Shown here one piece after another: positions 1 to 10,813 of a stretch of DNA of 64,000 bases; within the stretch, counting starts at the first letter, position 1; each line of letters opens with the position of its first letter. Origin of the DNA: Candidatus Velthaea sp. (GTDB lineage: Bacteria > Vulcanimicrobiota > Vulcanimicrobiia > Vulcanimicrobiales > Vulcanimicrobiaceae); assembly GCA_965214935.1 (NCBI GenBank), contig CBDCCS010000022.1, positions 96,001 to 160,000 on the forward strand, given 5' to 3'. Both the position numbers and the translations under genes were made by a program. Below the pieces are notes generated by a model. The model was not told the origin of the DNA, searched no databases, and was given only the letters and a program-made list of their open reading frames with translations.

Positions 1-16
1 CGATTGGTTCTGCGCC

Positions 17-1051
17 ATGTCCGTTAAGCGCAGCGACTTTCTTACCCGGTTAGCCGGTGCTTCCGCGAGCGTCGTAACGGCAGCCGCCGTTCCGGACGCC
101 GTTAGCGCTCAGAGCACGCCGGGCGTCATCCCAAAGCGCAAATTCGGCCGGCATTCCGACATGATCTCGATCATCGGTCTCGGCGGACATCACATCGGTA
201 ATGCCGCTTCGTTAAGCGATGCAACGGCGATCGTGCACGAAGCCGTCGACAATGGCGTGACGTTCTTCGACAATGCCTGGGAGTACAACAACCACCGGTC
301 GGAAGAATGGCTCGGGGCGGCGTTACGCGGCGGTTATCGCGAGCGAGTCTTTCTCATGACCAAGGTGTGCACGCATGGACGCGATGCGAGTGTCGCCATG
401 CAGCAGCTTGAAGAGTCGCTCACGCGACTAGGTACCGATCATCTCGATCTTTGGCAAGTCCATGCCGTGGTTTACGATAACGATCCGGATCTTGCGTATC
501 GTACGAACGGCGTCATCGAAGCACTCGACAAAGCAAAGGCGCAAGGTAAAGTCCGGCATGTCGGCTTTACCGGTCATAAAGATCCACGCATACACAAACG
601 AATGATCGATATGGGCTACGCGTGGGATTCCGTCCAATTCCCGATCAACGCCTTCGACGCGCAGTTTCGCAGCTTTCAACACATCGTCTTGCCCGACGCC
701 GTTCAGCGCGGCATTGCGGTGCTCGGTATGAAGCCGTTCAACGGTCGCGGCGATCCGTTTCACCGCGGCGATGTTCCGCTTACGCCGCAACAGGCGTTGC
801 GCTACGCGATGAGCGTCCCGGGCGTAACAACGACGATCACCGGCATGGAATCGTTGCCGGTTTTGCGCCAGAATCTCGCCATCGCTAAAGGTTTTACGCC
901 GATGACCAGCGCGGAAATGCAAGGCGTCGAAACGGCGCTCGCGCCGTTCTCCGGCGACGGCGGTTTCGAACAATACAAAACATCGCTTGCATACGACGAC
1001 GTCGTCACGCGTCAAATGCACGGCATGCCTTTACGAGGAGCGTCGGCATGA
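17..1051 (+). CDS. Aldo/keto reductase with Tat-like N-terminal leader
   Basis: AKR motifs FFDNAWEY, FLMTKV, DLWQVH, GKVRHVGFTGH; N-terminal KRSDFL followed by an Ala-rich hydrophobic stretch. Confidence 0.9.
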   Translation: MSVKRSDFLTRLAGASASVVTAAAVPDAVSAQSTPGVIPKRKFGRHSDMISIIGLGGHHIGNAASLSDATAIVHEAVDNGVTFFDNAWEYNNHRSEEWLGAALRGGYRERVFLMTKVCTHGRDASVAMQQLEESLTRLGTDHLDLWQVHAVVYDNDPDLAYRTNGVIEALDKAKAQGKVRHVGFTGHKDPRIHKRMIDMGYAWDSVQFPINAFDAQFRSFQHIVLPDAVQRGIAVLGMKPFNGRGDPFHRGDVPLTPQQALRYAMSVPGVTTTITGMESLPVLRQNLAIAKGFTPMTSAEMQGVETALAPFSGDGGFEQYKTSLAYDDVVTRQMHGMPLRGASA

Positions 1052-1977
1052 TGCCCGCAGGTTCCGTCCCGCACCGTCCGTTCAAAGGTTCGTCTGTGTC
1101 GATCATCGGTGTCGGCGGGTCGGCGCTCGGCGATATGCCGGACGAAAGCGAAGCCGGCCGGTTAGTCGACGAGGCGCTCGATGCCGGCATCAATTTCTTC
1201 GATAACGCTTGGGAGTATCATGACGGCCAAAGTGAGGAACGGTTAGGCCGGCTTCTGCGCGGCAAGCGCGATCGCGCATTTCTCATGACCAAAGTGTGTT
1301 CGCACGGGCGCGGTAAGGCTGTTGCCATGCAGATGCTCGAAGATTCACTGCGCCGGTTACAAACGGACCATCTCGACCTTTGGCAGATTCACGAGGTCGT
1401 TTATGATAACGATCCCGATCTTCATTTCGCCCACGACGGTGCCGTCGAGGCATTGACGCAAGCCAAGCAGCAGGGAAAAGTCCGGTTCGTCGGCTTCACC
1501 GGTCATAAAGATCCCGATATCCATTTAAAAATGCTGTCGCACCGGTATCCCTTCGATACCGTTCAAATGCCGATCAATCCGTTTGACAAACATTATCGCA
1601 GTTTTCAAGAACGCGTTTTGCCCGAAGCGCGCCGGCAAAACATCGCGGTGATTTCGATGAAATCGATGGGCGGTAGCGGTGAGCCGGTGAAAGCCGGGGC
1701 CGCAACGCCGCAAGAGTTGCTCCATTACGCGATGAGCGTCCCCGGCGTGCTCACGACCGTGAGCGGCATGGATACCTACAACGTCTTCCGGCAGAACCTC
1801 GCAATTGCCGGAGCGTTTACGCCGATGACTGTTGCCGAGCGCAGTGCGCTTGAGACGCGCGTGGCCGCGATTGCCGGGGATGGCCGGCTCGAACACTATA
1901 AATCGACAAAGCTTTACGACGCTGCAGTCGGCCGGCACGAGCACGGTTTCCCATCGTTAATGGAGCTTCCAGCATGA
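1048..1977 (+). CDS. Aldo/keto reductase (paralog of upstream gene, no leader)
   Basis: Same motifs FFDNAWEY, FLMTKVCSHGR, YDNDPDL, GFTGHKDP; ATGA overlap with upstream gene. Confidence 0.9.
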   Translation: MMPAGSVPHRPFKGSSVSIIGVGGSALGDMPDESEAGRLVDEALDAGINFFDNAWEYHDGQSEERLGRLLRGKRDRAFLMTKVCSHGRGKAVAMQMLEDSLRRLQTDHLDLWQIHEVVYDNDPDLHFAHDGAVEALTQAKQQGKVRFVGFTGHKDPDIHLKMLSHRYPFDTVQMPINPFDKHYRSFQERVLPEARRQNIAVISMKSMGGSGEPVKAGAATPQELLHYAMSVPGVLTTVSGMDTYNVFRQNLAIAGAFTPMTVAERSALETRVAAIAGDGRLEHYKSTKLYDAAVGRHEHGFPSLMELPA

Positions 1978-2561
1978 TCGCCGTTCTCGCCCTTCTAACG
2001 GTCCTTGCTCAAGCGACCGTTACGACGCCGCCGCCGGCTCCGGTCCGCCAAAATCAAGCGCCGGTTCGCGAGCAGCCGGCACCATTCATGATCCCGCCCG
2101 TGCCGGGTGTCGATCGAACCTTCGCGCTAGCGGCGATGCAAGGCAACGACGCGGAGATTGCCATGGCGCAGCTTGCGTTGAAGCGGGCGAGCGCACCGGA
2201 TATCAAAGGATACGCACAAAAGATGGTCGGCGAGCATATGGGTTTAGCCGACGATATGCAGCCGTCGCTTCTGCGTATCGGCGGTCCGCCGCCGACGATG
2301 CGCCTCAACGCGGCGGATACGCTCGCATACACGCATCTGCAAACCATTTCCGACGTCGACTTCGACCAAACGTATGCATTGGTTCAAGTCAGCGATCATA
2401 TGGCGACGCTGACGGCTTTCCAAACCGAAGCCGACAACGGTACCGACCCGCAGTTAAAGATGCTGGCGCGGAAGTGGATGCCGACCATTCAGGCGCATTT
2501 GGAGCTCGCCGTCAATCTGGCGCAGCGCATCGGCGGCGCGTCACCGTTGCACGCGCAGTAG
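1974..2561 (+). CDS. DUF4142 (ferritin-like) secreted protein
   Basis: Signal peptide; D..FA..A.QG..AEI.MAQLA, YAQKMV.EH, FDQTY, PTIQAHLELA pattern; ATGA-coupled to upstream gene. Confidence 0.8.
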   Translation: MIAVLALLTVLAQATVTTPPPAPVRQNQAPVREQPAPFMIPPVPGVDRTFALAAMQGNDAEIAMAQLALKRASAPDIKGYAQKMVGEHMGLADDMQPSLLRIGGPPPTMRLNAADTLAYTHLQTISDVDFDQTYALVQVSDHMATLTAFQTEADNGTDPQLKMLARKWMPTIQAHLELAVNLAQRIGGASPLHAQ

Positions 2562-2647
2562 GCTCGCGGCCATTGGGTGCTGAGATCTTCTGCTCGCACC
2601 TGGACGCTCGGAGATGTTTGCGCTGTAAACGGGTAATCGTCCAAGAT

Positions 2648-2956
2648 ATGAAGCGCACGCAAATACGTTACGCCTTTGCATTGGTTCTCGCCGTATCGCT
2701 ACTTTTCGCTGTTGCTCGTAGCGCTGCAATCGCGCAATCTGCGGCACCCATTACGCTGCCGACGGCACCCGGAGCCGATCGCGCCGTCAACGGCGGCCTA
2801 ACCGGTGCTAAAGCTTCGCTTCCGGGCGGACCCGATCGCTCGCCGCTCGAGCCGTTTCTCGTCTTTTGGCTATTACCGGCAAGCGGTATCCTGTGTGTTG
2901 CCGCAGGTATCTATGTCGACCGGCGGGTGATCGCAAAATCTAAGCCGCGGCGATAA
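2648..2956 (+). CDS. Small membrane-anchored hypothetical protein
   Basis: ATG 2648; signal-like N-terminus, C-terminal TM segment and basic tail. Confidence 0.55.
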   Translation: MKRTQIRYAFALVLAVSLLFAVARSAAIAQSAAPITLPTAPGADRAVNGGLTGAKASLPGGPDRSPLEPFLVFWLLPASGILCVAAGIYVDRRVIAKSKPRR

Positions 2957-3013
2957 GCGTTGGGCCTTCAGTGACGTCGGACGAGGTCCCACTTACACTC
3001 GAAGGAGCTAATA

Positions 3014-4876
3014 CTGCAGCTTATCGCCCGAGCCGCCCTTGCGCTCGCTGCAGTCGGTGCTGTTGCTGCGCCCGCTGGTGCTGCTATCCTACGACACGCG
3101 ACCACTTCTCTTGTTCCTGTAGTTACCTCAACGCATGCATTTCCGGCCCTTAAAGGCACGACCGACTTAGGCGTCGTGCCTGAATCGATGCCCATGCACA
3201 TCGTCGTCGGCCTGACACCTCGCAATGCTTCGATGTTTGCGCAGATCATCAAACATCAAGGCAGCGTGGGCGATCCACTGTTCGAGCATTACTTAACTCC
3301 ATCTCAAGTTGCTATGGCGTTTGCTCCAGCCGGCGCTTCGGTTCAAGCCGTTGCATCGTATTTGGTGCAAAGCGGCTTCAAGAACGTCACGGTCACGCCG
3401 GATAATCTGCTTATCTCGGGCTACGGCACAGCCGCACAAACCAATGCCGCGTTCTTCACCAAGATCGATGTCTTAAGCTTAAACGGTAACAAGATCTATG
3501 CAAACGTGAAGCCGGCGCTGGTCCCGGCTTCGCTCGGCGGGATCGTCACCGCCGTACTTGGCCTAAACAGCTATGAGTTGCGTCCGGCGTTACATCTCGC
3601 TCCGGCTGCAATCCAATCGGCATTGCGCGTAAATGGTGAGTGTGCTTTGCGCTCGTCCGCGTTTGCCGCGCCGGCGGCCGCCGCTACGCAGCCGTGCGCT
3701 ACGCCGGTAGCCGGGATCTGCACGTTGAACGAGTATTCAGCGACGGGCTTTCAGCTTGCATACGATTCGCCGCAGGACGCGGGTAACACAAACTCCTGGG
3801 GCTATACCGGTAAGAGTACGCCGATTGCCGTCTTTACCGAGGGCGACATGAGCGTCGTGCTGACGGATCTCGTGAAGTACGAGAATGCGAACATTCCGGT
3901 TCTGCCGCAAATAGCTACCAAAGTTATCAACGCAGGTATCGCCAACCCGGACCGGTCGGGTCAAGACGAATGGGACCTCGATTCGCAGACCAGTACCGGC
4001 ATGGCCGGCAACGTCAAAGAGCTTTACTTTTATGTCGCGGCGACCCTGACCGATTCTGATACGGCCGTCGACTTCGATCGGTTTAAAACCGACGACATCG
4101 CAAAGGCGGGAAGTGCCTCCTTCGGTGAGTGTGAGATCTTCCCGATGCTCGACGGTGCCGAAGTGCTCGAAGATACCATCTTTGCCGAAGCGGCCGTCCA
4201 AGGACAAACGGTCTTCTCGTCGGCCGGCGACAATGGCACGACGTGCCCGGTCGGCGCCTCAACCGGCGTTCCGGGCACGGGTCTTCCCGCCCAAAGTTAC
4301 CCCGGAGTTTCGCCGTACGTCGTAAGCGTCGGCGGTACGACGCTGTTAACGAACGCCGGCAGCGGTACGTACAATTCTGAAGTGGCTTGGTACGGCACCG
4401 GCGGCGGAACCAGCGTTTCGGAGAACGCCCCCTTTTGGCAAGCGGGAGTCGTCTCACCGGCGGCGTCCAAGGCAGCACTCAAACAAGTGCCGGACGTTGC
4501 CATGGACGCCGATCCGAATACCGGCGCCGGCATATTCGTCAGCGGCGTACTAACCGGCGTGGGCGGCACGAGTCTCTCTTCGCCGCTCAGTCTTGGTGTT
4601 TGGGCGCGGCTCGAAACCTATCGCTCGAACAAACTCGGGTTTGCAGCGCCGCTTTTGTATAAAGAGTATAAAAATTATACGACGTATAACGCAACGCTCG
4701 GTCAGTACGTACCGCCAACACCGCCTGCTGGAGGGCTTACACAGGTAGTTGGCGGTTTTCACGACGTGCTCACCGGATCGAACGGAACTCCGGCACTACC
4801 GGGCTATGATACGACAACCGGGGTCGGCACTTTCGACATCTCCAAACAGTTCATCGACCTGCCGACAGCTTACTAA
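3014..4876 (+). CDS. S53 family (sedolisin/kumamolisin) serine peptidase with prodomain; probable CTG start
   Basis: Catalytic E..LD (DEWDLDSQ), oxyanion SAGDNG, GGTSLSSP; in-frame signal peptide starts at CTG 3014, 6 nt after GAAGGAG. Confidence 0.9.
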   Translation: MQLIARAALALAAVGAVAAPAGAAILRHATTSLVPVVTSTHAFPALKGTTDLGVVPESMPMHIVVGLTPRNASMFAQIIKHQGSVGDPLFEHYLTPSQVAMAFAPAGASVQAVASYLVQSGFKNVTVTPDNLLISGYGTAAQTNAAFFTKIDVLSLNGNKIYANVKPALVPASLGGIVTAVLGLNSYELRPALHLAPAAIQSALRVNGECALRSSAFAAPAAAATQPCATPVAGICTLNEYSATGFQLAYDSPQDAGNTNSWGYTGKSTPIAVFTEGDMSVVLTDLVKYENANIPVLPQIATKVINAGIANPDRSGQDEWDLDSQTSTGMAGNVKELYFYVAATLTDSDTAVDFDRFKTDDIAKAGSASFGECEIFPMLDGAEVLEDTIFAEAAVQGQTVFSSAGDNGTTCPVGASTGVPGTGLPAQSYPGVSPYVVSVGGTTLLTNAGSGTYNSEVAWYGTGGGTSVSENAPFWQAGVVSPAASKAALKQVPDVAMDADPNTGAGIFVSGVLTGVGGTSLSSPLSLGVWARLETYRSNKLGFAAPLLYKEYKNYTTYNATLGQYVPPTPPAGGLTQVVGGFHDVLTGSNGTPALPGYDTTTGVGTFDISKQFIDLPTAY

Positions 4877-5433
4877 ATGAGCACTGCTGCGCCGCGCCGT
4901 CGGGCCGGCGCAGAATTCAATGAACTGCATATAACGGGCCGTCCATTGGAACATCACCCGGCTTCGTCCATGACTTTAAAGAAGTTCGACGAAGAATTGC
5001 GGCATCGCGGCACGCTTTGCCGTGTGCTCGACCGACCTGAACATCGAAAAGGCATTCACGACGTCTCAAATATCGGCGCCGATGATTCGGTGTTGCATCA
5101 CGTATCGGTGCGCTTGCCGGTAAACGTACGAATGTGATCGCTCGCATCGGCGGCGATGCTTTTGCCGACCGGGTTCAATCGACTCTATGCCTGCCGACCT
5201 TGTGTCCGGGAAAGCCATTGACGGTGAAGGCGAGATCGGCATTGCGCTGTGCAAAAGCTGCAACCCGCGATTGTTCGCGTGTTCTGTCAACCGATCGTCA
5301 AGCTGACCGATAGCAAAGGCCGTGCTCGACGGCGGCGCAAGTCTACCCCCGTTCTCCACGATTACGCGGAACGAGCGCTCGCGCTACGATACAGGCGTGC
5401 CGTGTGCGAATTGGTAAGTCGGAAGTTGTCCCG

Positions 5434-7092
5434 ATGAAGGTCTTGGAATGCTGGCTTTGGGGCGTGGCGCTCTGCATTGCGAACAGCGCCGCGACACCAA
5501 GGTCGCCGCAGCAACATTCGAGTGAACTCACCGTCGTCACGGATAAGGGCCCGGTCTACGGACGACAAAACGGCGCGAGCCAAATCTTTTTAGGCATACC
5601 GTTCGCAGCCTCACCGGTCGGGGCATTACGCTTCGCACCACCGGCGCCGCGTCCAGCGTGGACGCGGCCGCTCGACGCAAGTCGGCCGGGAATAATCTGC
5701 CCGCAGTTCGGTCCGCCAAGTTATCCGTTCGGTCGCGCGCAGAGGGCGAGCGAAGACTGCCTGACGCTGAACGTAACCGTGCCGCTGCATGGAAAAGCCT
5801 TGCCGGTTGTCGTGTGGCTGCACGGCGGATACTTCACCCAGGGTAGCGGAGCGTTTTATCCGGCGACACAGCTAGCCCAGCGCGGTGCGATTATCGTCGT
5901 CACGATCAACTACCGGTTGGGTATCCTCGGCTTTTTGGCGCACCCGGCGCTCGATTCGACGAACTCCGCCCGTACGGGCAATTATGGTCTCGAGGATCAA
6001 ATCGCCGCATTACGTTGGGTGCGCACGAACATCAAATCGTTCGGAGGCAGCCCCGGCAACGTGACGATCGCCGGAGAATCCGCCGGTGCGCTTAGCGTTT
6101 GCGATTTAATTGCAAATGCAGCAAATCGTGGCCCGGCTGCACACCTATTCGCACGCGGAATTGCGCAGAGCGGGCCGTGCGAGTCGCCGGTTAAATCGAT
6201 TGCATCAGCCGAACTCACCGGAGTCTCACTCGCAGTAAAACTGGGTTGTGCGGGCAGCGGAAAACTCGTCGCGACCTGCTTGCGCGCATTGCCGCTTGCG
6301 ACCATCTTGAAAATGCAGGGAAAGCTCGGCACGAGCGGACTTGGGCCGAGTGTCGGCGGCCCCGACCTCCCGAAGCAGCCGCGAACGGCGATCGGTTCGA
6401 TACCGATGCTTCTCGGCGGCAACACGCTGGAATGGGGTTTATTCGTCGCGCTCGGTCTTCCGCCGGCACCCGCCACATCTCGGGCGTACGCCGCCACCCT
6501 GCATACGGTGTATGGTGTAGCAGCCGGAGATCGCGTTGCAGGCTCGACGCAATACAACTGGGCGCATTTCGGTGGAGACGGCTTGCTCGCGCTTTCATCC
6601 GCCATGACTGATTTTGCGCCTGCCGTCTCCGTGGCGATGTGTGACGACGTCGCTACGTGGCAAAAGCAGGCCGTCACAAAATCGCCGCTTTATGCGTATG
6701 AATTTAGCGCCGCCGATGCGCCCGTACCGCTTGCGTTTCGACCGTTCAATCGAATGCTTCGACCGGGACCGATCCATGCAGCGGAATTGCAGTATCTCTT
6801 TCCAAACCTGGCGTCGCCATTTTCCGCCATGCAAAATGCCGGCGGTCTTTCGTTGCCTTCGACTCAACGGCCGCTTTCAGATGCGATGATCCGCTATTGG
6901 ACAGCTTTCGTCACGCGCGGCAACCCGAACGCGCCAGGGTTGCCTCATTGGCCGAGTTATCGAATACCGACTGACGTATTGCAGTTAAGCGACGTGAAGC
7001 GCGGGATCCGAACCGGCGTCGATGTCGATGCGGAACATCACTGCTCGTTATTTTGGAAGCCGCTGGAAGCTATGACAGGTGTGCTCAGATGA
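5434..7092 (+). CDS. Type-B carboxylesterase (pNB esterase-like), secreted
   Basis: FLGIPFA, SEDCLTLNV, HGG, NYRLG, GESAG nucleophile, HAAEL; start uncertain (5404 or 5434). Confidence 0.92.
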   Translation: MKVLECWLWGVALCIANSAATPRSPQQHSSELTVVTDKGPVYGRQNGASQIFLGIPFAASPVGALRFAPPAPRPAWTRPLDASRPGIICPQFGPPSYPFGRAQRASEDCLTLNVTVPLHGKALPVVVWLHGGYFTQGSGAFYPATQLAQRGAIIVVTINYRLGILGFLAHPALDSTNSARTGNYGLEDQIAALRWVRTNIKSFGGSPGNVTIAGESAGALSVCDLIANAANRGPAAHLFARGIAQSGPCESPVKSIASAELTGVSLAVKLGCAGSGKLVATCLRALPLATILKMQGKLGTSGLGPSVGGPDLPKQPRTAIGSIPMLLGGNTLEWGLFVALGLPPAPATSRAYAATLHTVYGVAAGDRVAGSTQYNWAHFGGDGLLALSSAMTDFAPAVSVAMCDDVATWQKQAVTKSPLYAYEFSAADAPVPLAFRPFNRMLRPGPIHAAELQYLFPNLASPFSAMQNAGGLSLPSTQRPLSDAMIRYWTAFVTRGNPNAPGLPHWPSYRIPTDVLQLSDVKRGIRTGVDVDAEHHCSLFWKPLEAMTGVLR

Positions 7093-7099
7093 AGTCCAC

Positions 7100-8200
7100 A
7101 TGCTGCGGCAACGATTACTAATTGGCGGAGCAGCCGCTGTGACGGCGACGGCAGTGGCTGCCTGCACGGCAGATGAGACGGTCTACACTTCAGCTGTTCG
7201 CCAAACATGGCAGAGCTTTGCACATTCCAGTGTAGACGAGCAGGCTCTCCAACGCGAACTTCTTCGTTATGCGACGCTTGCACCGTCGAGCCATAACACG
7301 CAGTGCTGGATTTTCACGCTCGAAGCAAACACAATCACCATCGGGCCGGATCGCACCCGCCGTTGTCCGGTCATCGACCCGGACAACCATCATCTTTTCG
7401 TGAGCCTCGGCTGCGCTACTGAGAATCTTGTACAGGCTGCGCTCGCTCACGGGTACGCCGGCAACGTCCGTTTCGACGCCGCTGCCGGCAGCGTGGTGCG
7501 TATCACGCTCGTTAAAGCGCGTGCGAACGAAACGCGACTTTACAACGCAATAACCATGCGCCAATGCGCGCGCACCTTGTATGACGGTAAGCCGATACCG
7601 CGGGCTGACCTGCGCGAACTTCAAGCGGCAGCTCATAACGAAAACGTTGCGGTTCTCGTACTGACCCAACCCTCACAGATCGCTCAGGTCTCCACGTATG
7701 CCCTCGCGGCTAACGCGCACCAGACGAACGATCCGGCATTTCGAGCGGAATTGTTGCATTGGATTCGCTTCAACCTGACCGACGCCGTTGCGACAAGAGA
7801 TGGTCTGTTGAGTAGCGCTTCGGGCAATCCGACAGCACCGCATTGGCTTGGAAGCCTGATGTACCGCTATTTGTATACCGCGAAAAGCGAGAATGAAAAA
7901 CTTGCCGGCTTGCTCGAAAGCTCATCGGGCGTTGCGGTATTTGCGGCCAACGTCAGTAACCCTGAGCACTGGGTTGAAGTCGGACGCTCGTATGAACGTT
8001 TTGCACTGCAAGCCGCTGCGCTGGGAATCAATACGGCAATGATCAACCAAGTGGTAGAAGTGGCTGACGTGCGGAAACAATTCGGCGAGGCAATCGGGCT
8101 CAAAAGACGCCGGCCCGATCTTGTTGTGCGATTCGGATCGGGGCCGACATTACCGCGTTCACTCCGCCGCCCCATAGTCGAGGTGATCCGAGCCGCATGA
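7100..8200 (+). CDS. Acg/Rv2032-like FMN-binding nitroreductase family protein
   Basis: LAPSSHNTQ.W, SLGCA.ENL, GR.YERFAL.A, RSLRRP; N-terminal hydrophobic leader. Confidence 0.85.
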   Translation: MLRQRLLIGGAAAVTATAVAACTADETVYTSAVRQTWQSFAHSSVDEQALQRELLRYATLAPSSHNTQCWIFTLEANTITIGPDRTRRCPVIDPDNHHLFVSLGCATENLVQAALAHGYAGNVRFDAAAGSVVRITLVKARANETRLYNAITMRQCARTLYDGKPIPRADLRELQAAAHNENVAVLVLTQPSQIAQVSTYALAANAHQTNDPAFRAELLHWIRFNLTDAVATRDGLLSSASGNPTAPHWLGSLMYRYLYTAKSENEKLAGLLESSSGVAVFAANVSNPEHWVEVGRSYERFALQAAALGINTAMINQVVEVADVRKQFGEAIGLKRRRPDLVVRFGSGPTLPRSLRRPIVEVIRAA

Positions 8201-8505
8201 ACCAGAGCCGGCCTATCGCTCGTACACGGCTCGATACCTTACAACTCGAGTTTGGCGCTTCGCGCAGCAAGGTATCAGCGCAGCGATCTTCGGACCACTC
8301 GCGCTATCGCGAAGCACCGAAGACGCGAGTCGGGCCGTGTCTCATCAAGCGCCGGATAGACCCGTAGATTGCTTACGAGACGCCGACGATAGCCGGCCTC
8401 TCATAAGCGCACGTTCACGTCGTGGTAAGCGATGCAACCCAAAGGAGCTTCCGCTAGCGGGAATCACTTGGCGTACGCTCGAAGCGCGTCGAGCAAAAAC
8501 TCGCG

Positions 8506-9110
8506 CTATGCCGCGCTCAGCGCGAGCGCCTTAAGTTCGAGACCAAAAAGCGCGTCGCTGTTGCGCCAGTAAATCTTCTCTCGGTCTTCCTGGGTCAGCG
8601 CAGTTGCGGCGACGATCTCGACTTGCTCACGCACTCGGTATGGACTGGGCCGAAAGCCGTACCGGATAGGACCCGGTCGATACCACACATCTCGATCGCA
8701 GCGCGAAGCCCAAGCGCACTGAATTCAAATGAGTCGACGAAGATGCTGGTATGAAAGTAATCGAACGGAGTTCGCACGTTAACTGCGACCTTTTCCACCT
8801 GCAGCTTGGGATGACGATCGAATACTCCGGCACCGATCATTCGCGCGACGCTACGTGACGAAATGGTACGGGCGCGCAAGTGCTTCGTTCAGACGGTTTT
8901 TGTCGCGGATTTGTGCGACATTCCCATGTTCGGCGGATAAATGTGGACCGGCACGCCTTTCGCTGCGGCATACTCCCATAGCCACTCGGCTTTCGGACTA
9001 TCGAGAAACTCACGCTCGGCGAGCACATTGTAACTCGAACTGACCGCAATTGCCTTGCCCTTATTCCTCGCGAGCATATCGTCGACAACGTCACGCTACT
9101 CGTTGCTTGC
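8506..9110 (-). pseudogene. Frameshifted amidohydrolase_2 (decarboxylase-like) remnant
   Basis: Colinear fragments in different frames: FLDSPKAEWLWEYAAAKGVPVHIYPP / GVFDRHPKLQ..GIDRVLSGT.FGP / LTQEDREKIYWRNSDALFGL. Confidence 0.75.
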
Positions 9111-9114
9111 ATGC

Positions 9115-10653
9115 TCACATCATGGCAGCTAGCGCCGACTGTCGAGCCGGCTGCTGATCAACGCGGTGTTGCAACGCCATCCGCGCTGCGGATGCGCCGC
9201 CGAGTATCGCTCCGGTGTAACCACCGCCGGCGGTGTATGCCGAGGCGAGGTACAAACCCTCGACGGCCGTTTTCGGTTCTGGCATAAATCCGCCGATTTG
9301 CGGCTCGAAGCCATAGACTGCGCCGCCGGGCGTGTTCAAGTAATGCGCAAACGTCTGTGCGGTCGACATTTCGCACGAAACCACGGCACCGGCGATTCCG
9401 GGAAATTGGGCATCAAGGTCGGCAACGACGCGATCCATCCAACGCTGCTTCCGCAATCGCTTGACCTCATCGCTACCACTCAACCAATTATCAAGTCGAT
9501 CGACGCCGACCACTGATACCAAGTACGGAGCGGTTTCATTTAATCCGGAATCAATCTGATCGTATGCGACGACCAGATACGGCGCCATGCGGCTTCCAGG
9601 GTCTTCGCGCAATAACGTTCCGGCTTCGCGCAACCGGCTCAGCGTCGTCAACCAACTCGGAAAAATTGCCGTCGAATAGTGAGAAACGCCGAAGTGATGC
9701 GACCGACGGTTGAGGCCGACGCTTATCGCCCACAACGAAATCGATGGTTGCCGCTTTTTATAAAGTTTCGAAAACGCGAGACGTGCGTGCTCGGGTAACA
9801 TCGAACCAAGTATGTTCGGCGCGGCATTCCCGAAAATGACCGGCGCGCGATCGTCGCGCCCTTCGTCACCGGCCTGATGACGTACACCGCATACACGATC
9901 GCCTTCAAGCATGATCTCCGTCACCATGTGCCCGCTTTGGGCGATGCCGCCCGCTTCGCGCACGATTGCAACGAGGCGTTGACTGAGCACCGTGGAGCCG
10001 CCGCGAACGTAATGACCACCGCCGAAGATGTAAGAAGCTTGTGCGACGGCAAACGAGAGGAACGGCAGCGTCTCGGCATTATCGGTGTAGTACGAAAGAT
10101 TTGCTGCAAGGGCAAACTTAACTGTTTCGTCATCGCCGAATAGGTGCCTAAGAACCTCGCCCAGCGTCGCGTTTCGATCGTCGATCAACGACAAGGAATG
10201 CGCCGGCGAAGTAACCGCATTGGAAGCGACGGTATGCCGGACGGCAGCGAGGCGATCAAAGTAAGCGTCCAGGCCGTTTGCGTGAGCCGGAAAACGAGAC
10301 TTCGTTACCGCCAGCGCTTCGTTAAATCCGCGCGGCATGACGAACGGAACGCCGAGGAGCGGGCTTCTTACCTCGATTAAGTCACCGACATCGACGAACG
10401 CGACATCGTGATCTAAGCCCAGCAATCGTAGAATTGGTAATTTTGGATCCTCGCCGTCAAGCCCGTCGATCTCGTGCAGCGATGCTTCGATCCTCAGCGC
10501 GCCATGTTGATAGACGGTCGCAGCTCCACCGAATTCGCCATTTCGCTCAAGAACGAGCACGTTGTTACCGCCGCGCGCGTAAAGCGCTGCGGCAGTCAGT
10601 CCGCCAAGTCCGGATCCAATGACGATGGCATCATATTCGCTGGTCACTTTCAT
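9115..10653 (-). CDS. Phytoene desaturase (CrtI/CrtD)-family FAD oxidoreductase
   Basis: YDAIVIGSGLGGL FAD motif; GAVYGFEP and GLYLASA..GGGY.GAI C-terminal motifs. Confidence 0.85.
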   Translation of the reverse strand: MKVTSEYDAIVIGSGLGGLTAAALYARGGNNVLVLERNGEFGGAATVYQHGALRIEASLHEIDGLDGEDPKLPILRLLGLDHDVAFVDVGDLIEVRSPLLGVPFVMPRGFNEALAVTKSRFPAHANGLDAYFDRLAAVRHTVASNAVTSPAHSLSLIDDRNATLGEVLRHLFGDDETVKFALAANLSYYTDNAETLPFLSFAVAQASYIFGGGHYVRGGSTVLSQRLVAIVREAGGIAQSGHMVTEIMLEGDRVCGVRHQAGDEGRDDRAPVIFGNAAPNILGSMLPEHARLAFSKLYKKRQPSISLWAISVGLNRRSHHFGVSHYSTAIFPSWLTTLSRLREAGTLLREDPGSRMAPYLVVAYDQIDSGLNETAPYLVSVVGVDRLDNWLSGSDEVKRLRKQRWMDRVVADLDAQFPGIAGAVVSCEMSTAQTFAHYLNTPGGAVYGFEPQIGGFMPEPKTAVEGLYLASAYTAGGGYTGAILGGASAARMALQHRVDQQPARQSALAAMM

Positions 10654-10813
10654 TGAATTACCACCGTCGGATCGCAAACACGCCGTCTGTAGGCAACTTT
10701 TCGTTCAAGGCGATCCGTCGGCTGCCTGACGAGCGCCAAAGATCTAAGCGAAGCCGTTGAACATACGACCTCAGCTCCATGCACGTGGCACGCTCCACGA
10801 CTCCGAAGGCGAC

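Noticed and set aside
4877..5400. Short ORFs on both strands (4877-5137 plus, 5066-5359 minus)
   Set aside because: No motifs or convincing RBS; probably degraded sequence that I cannot assign.
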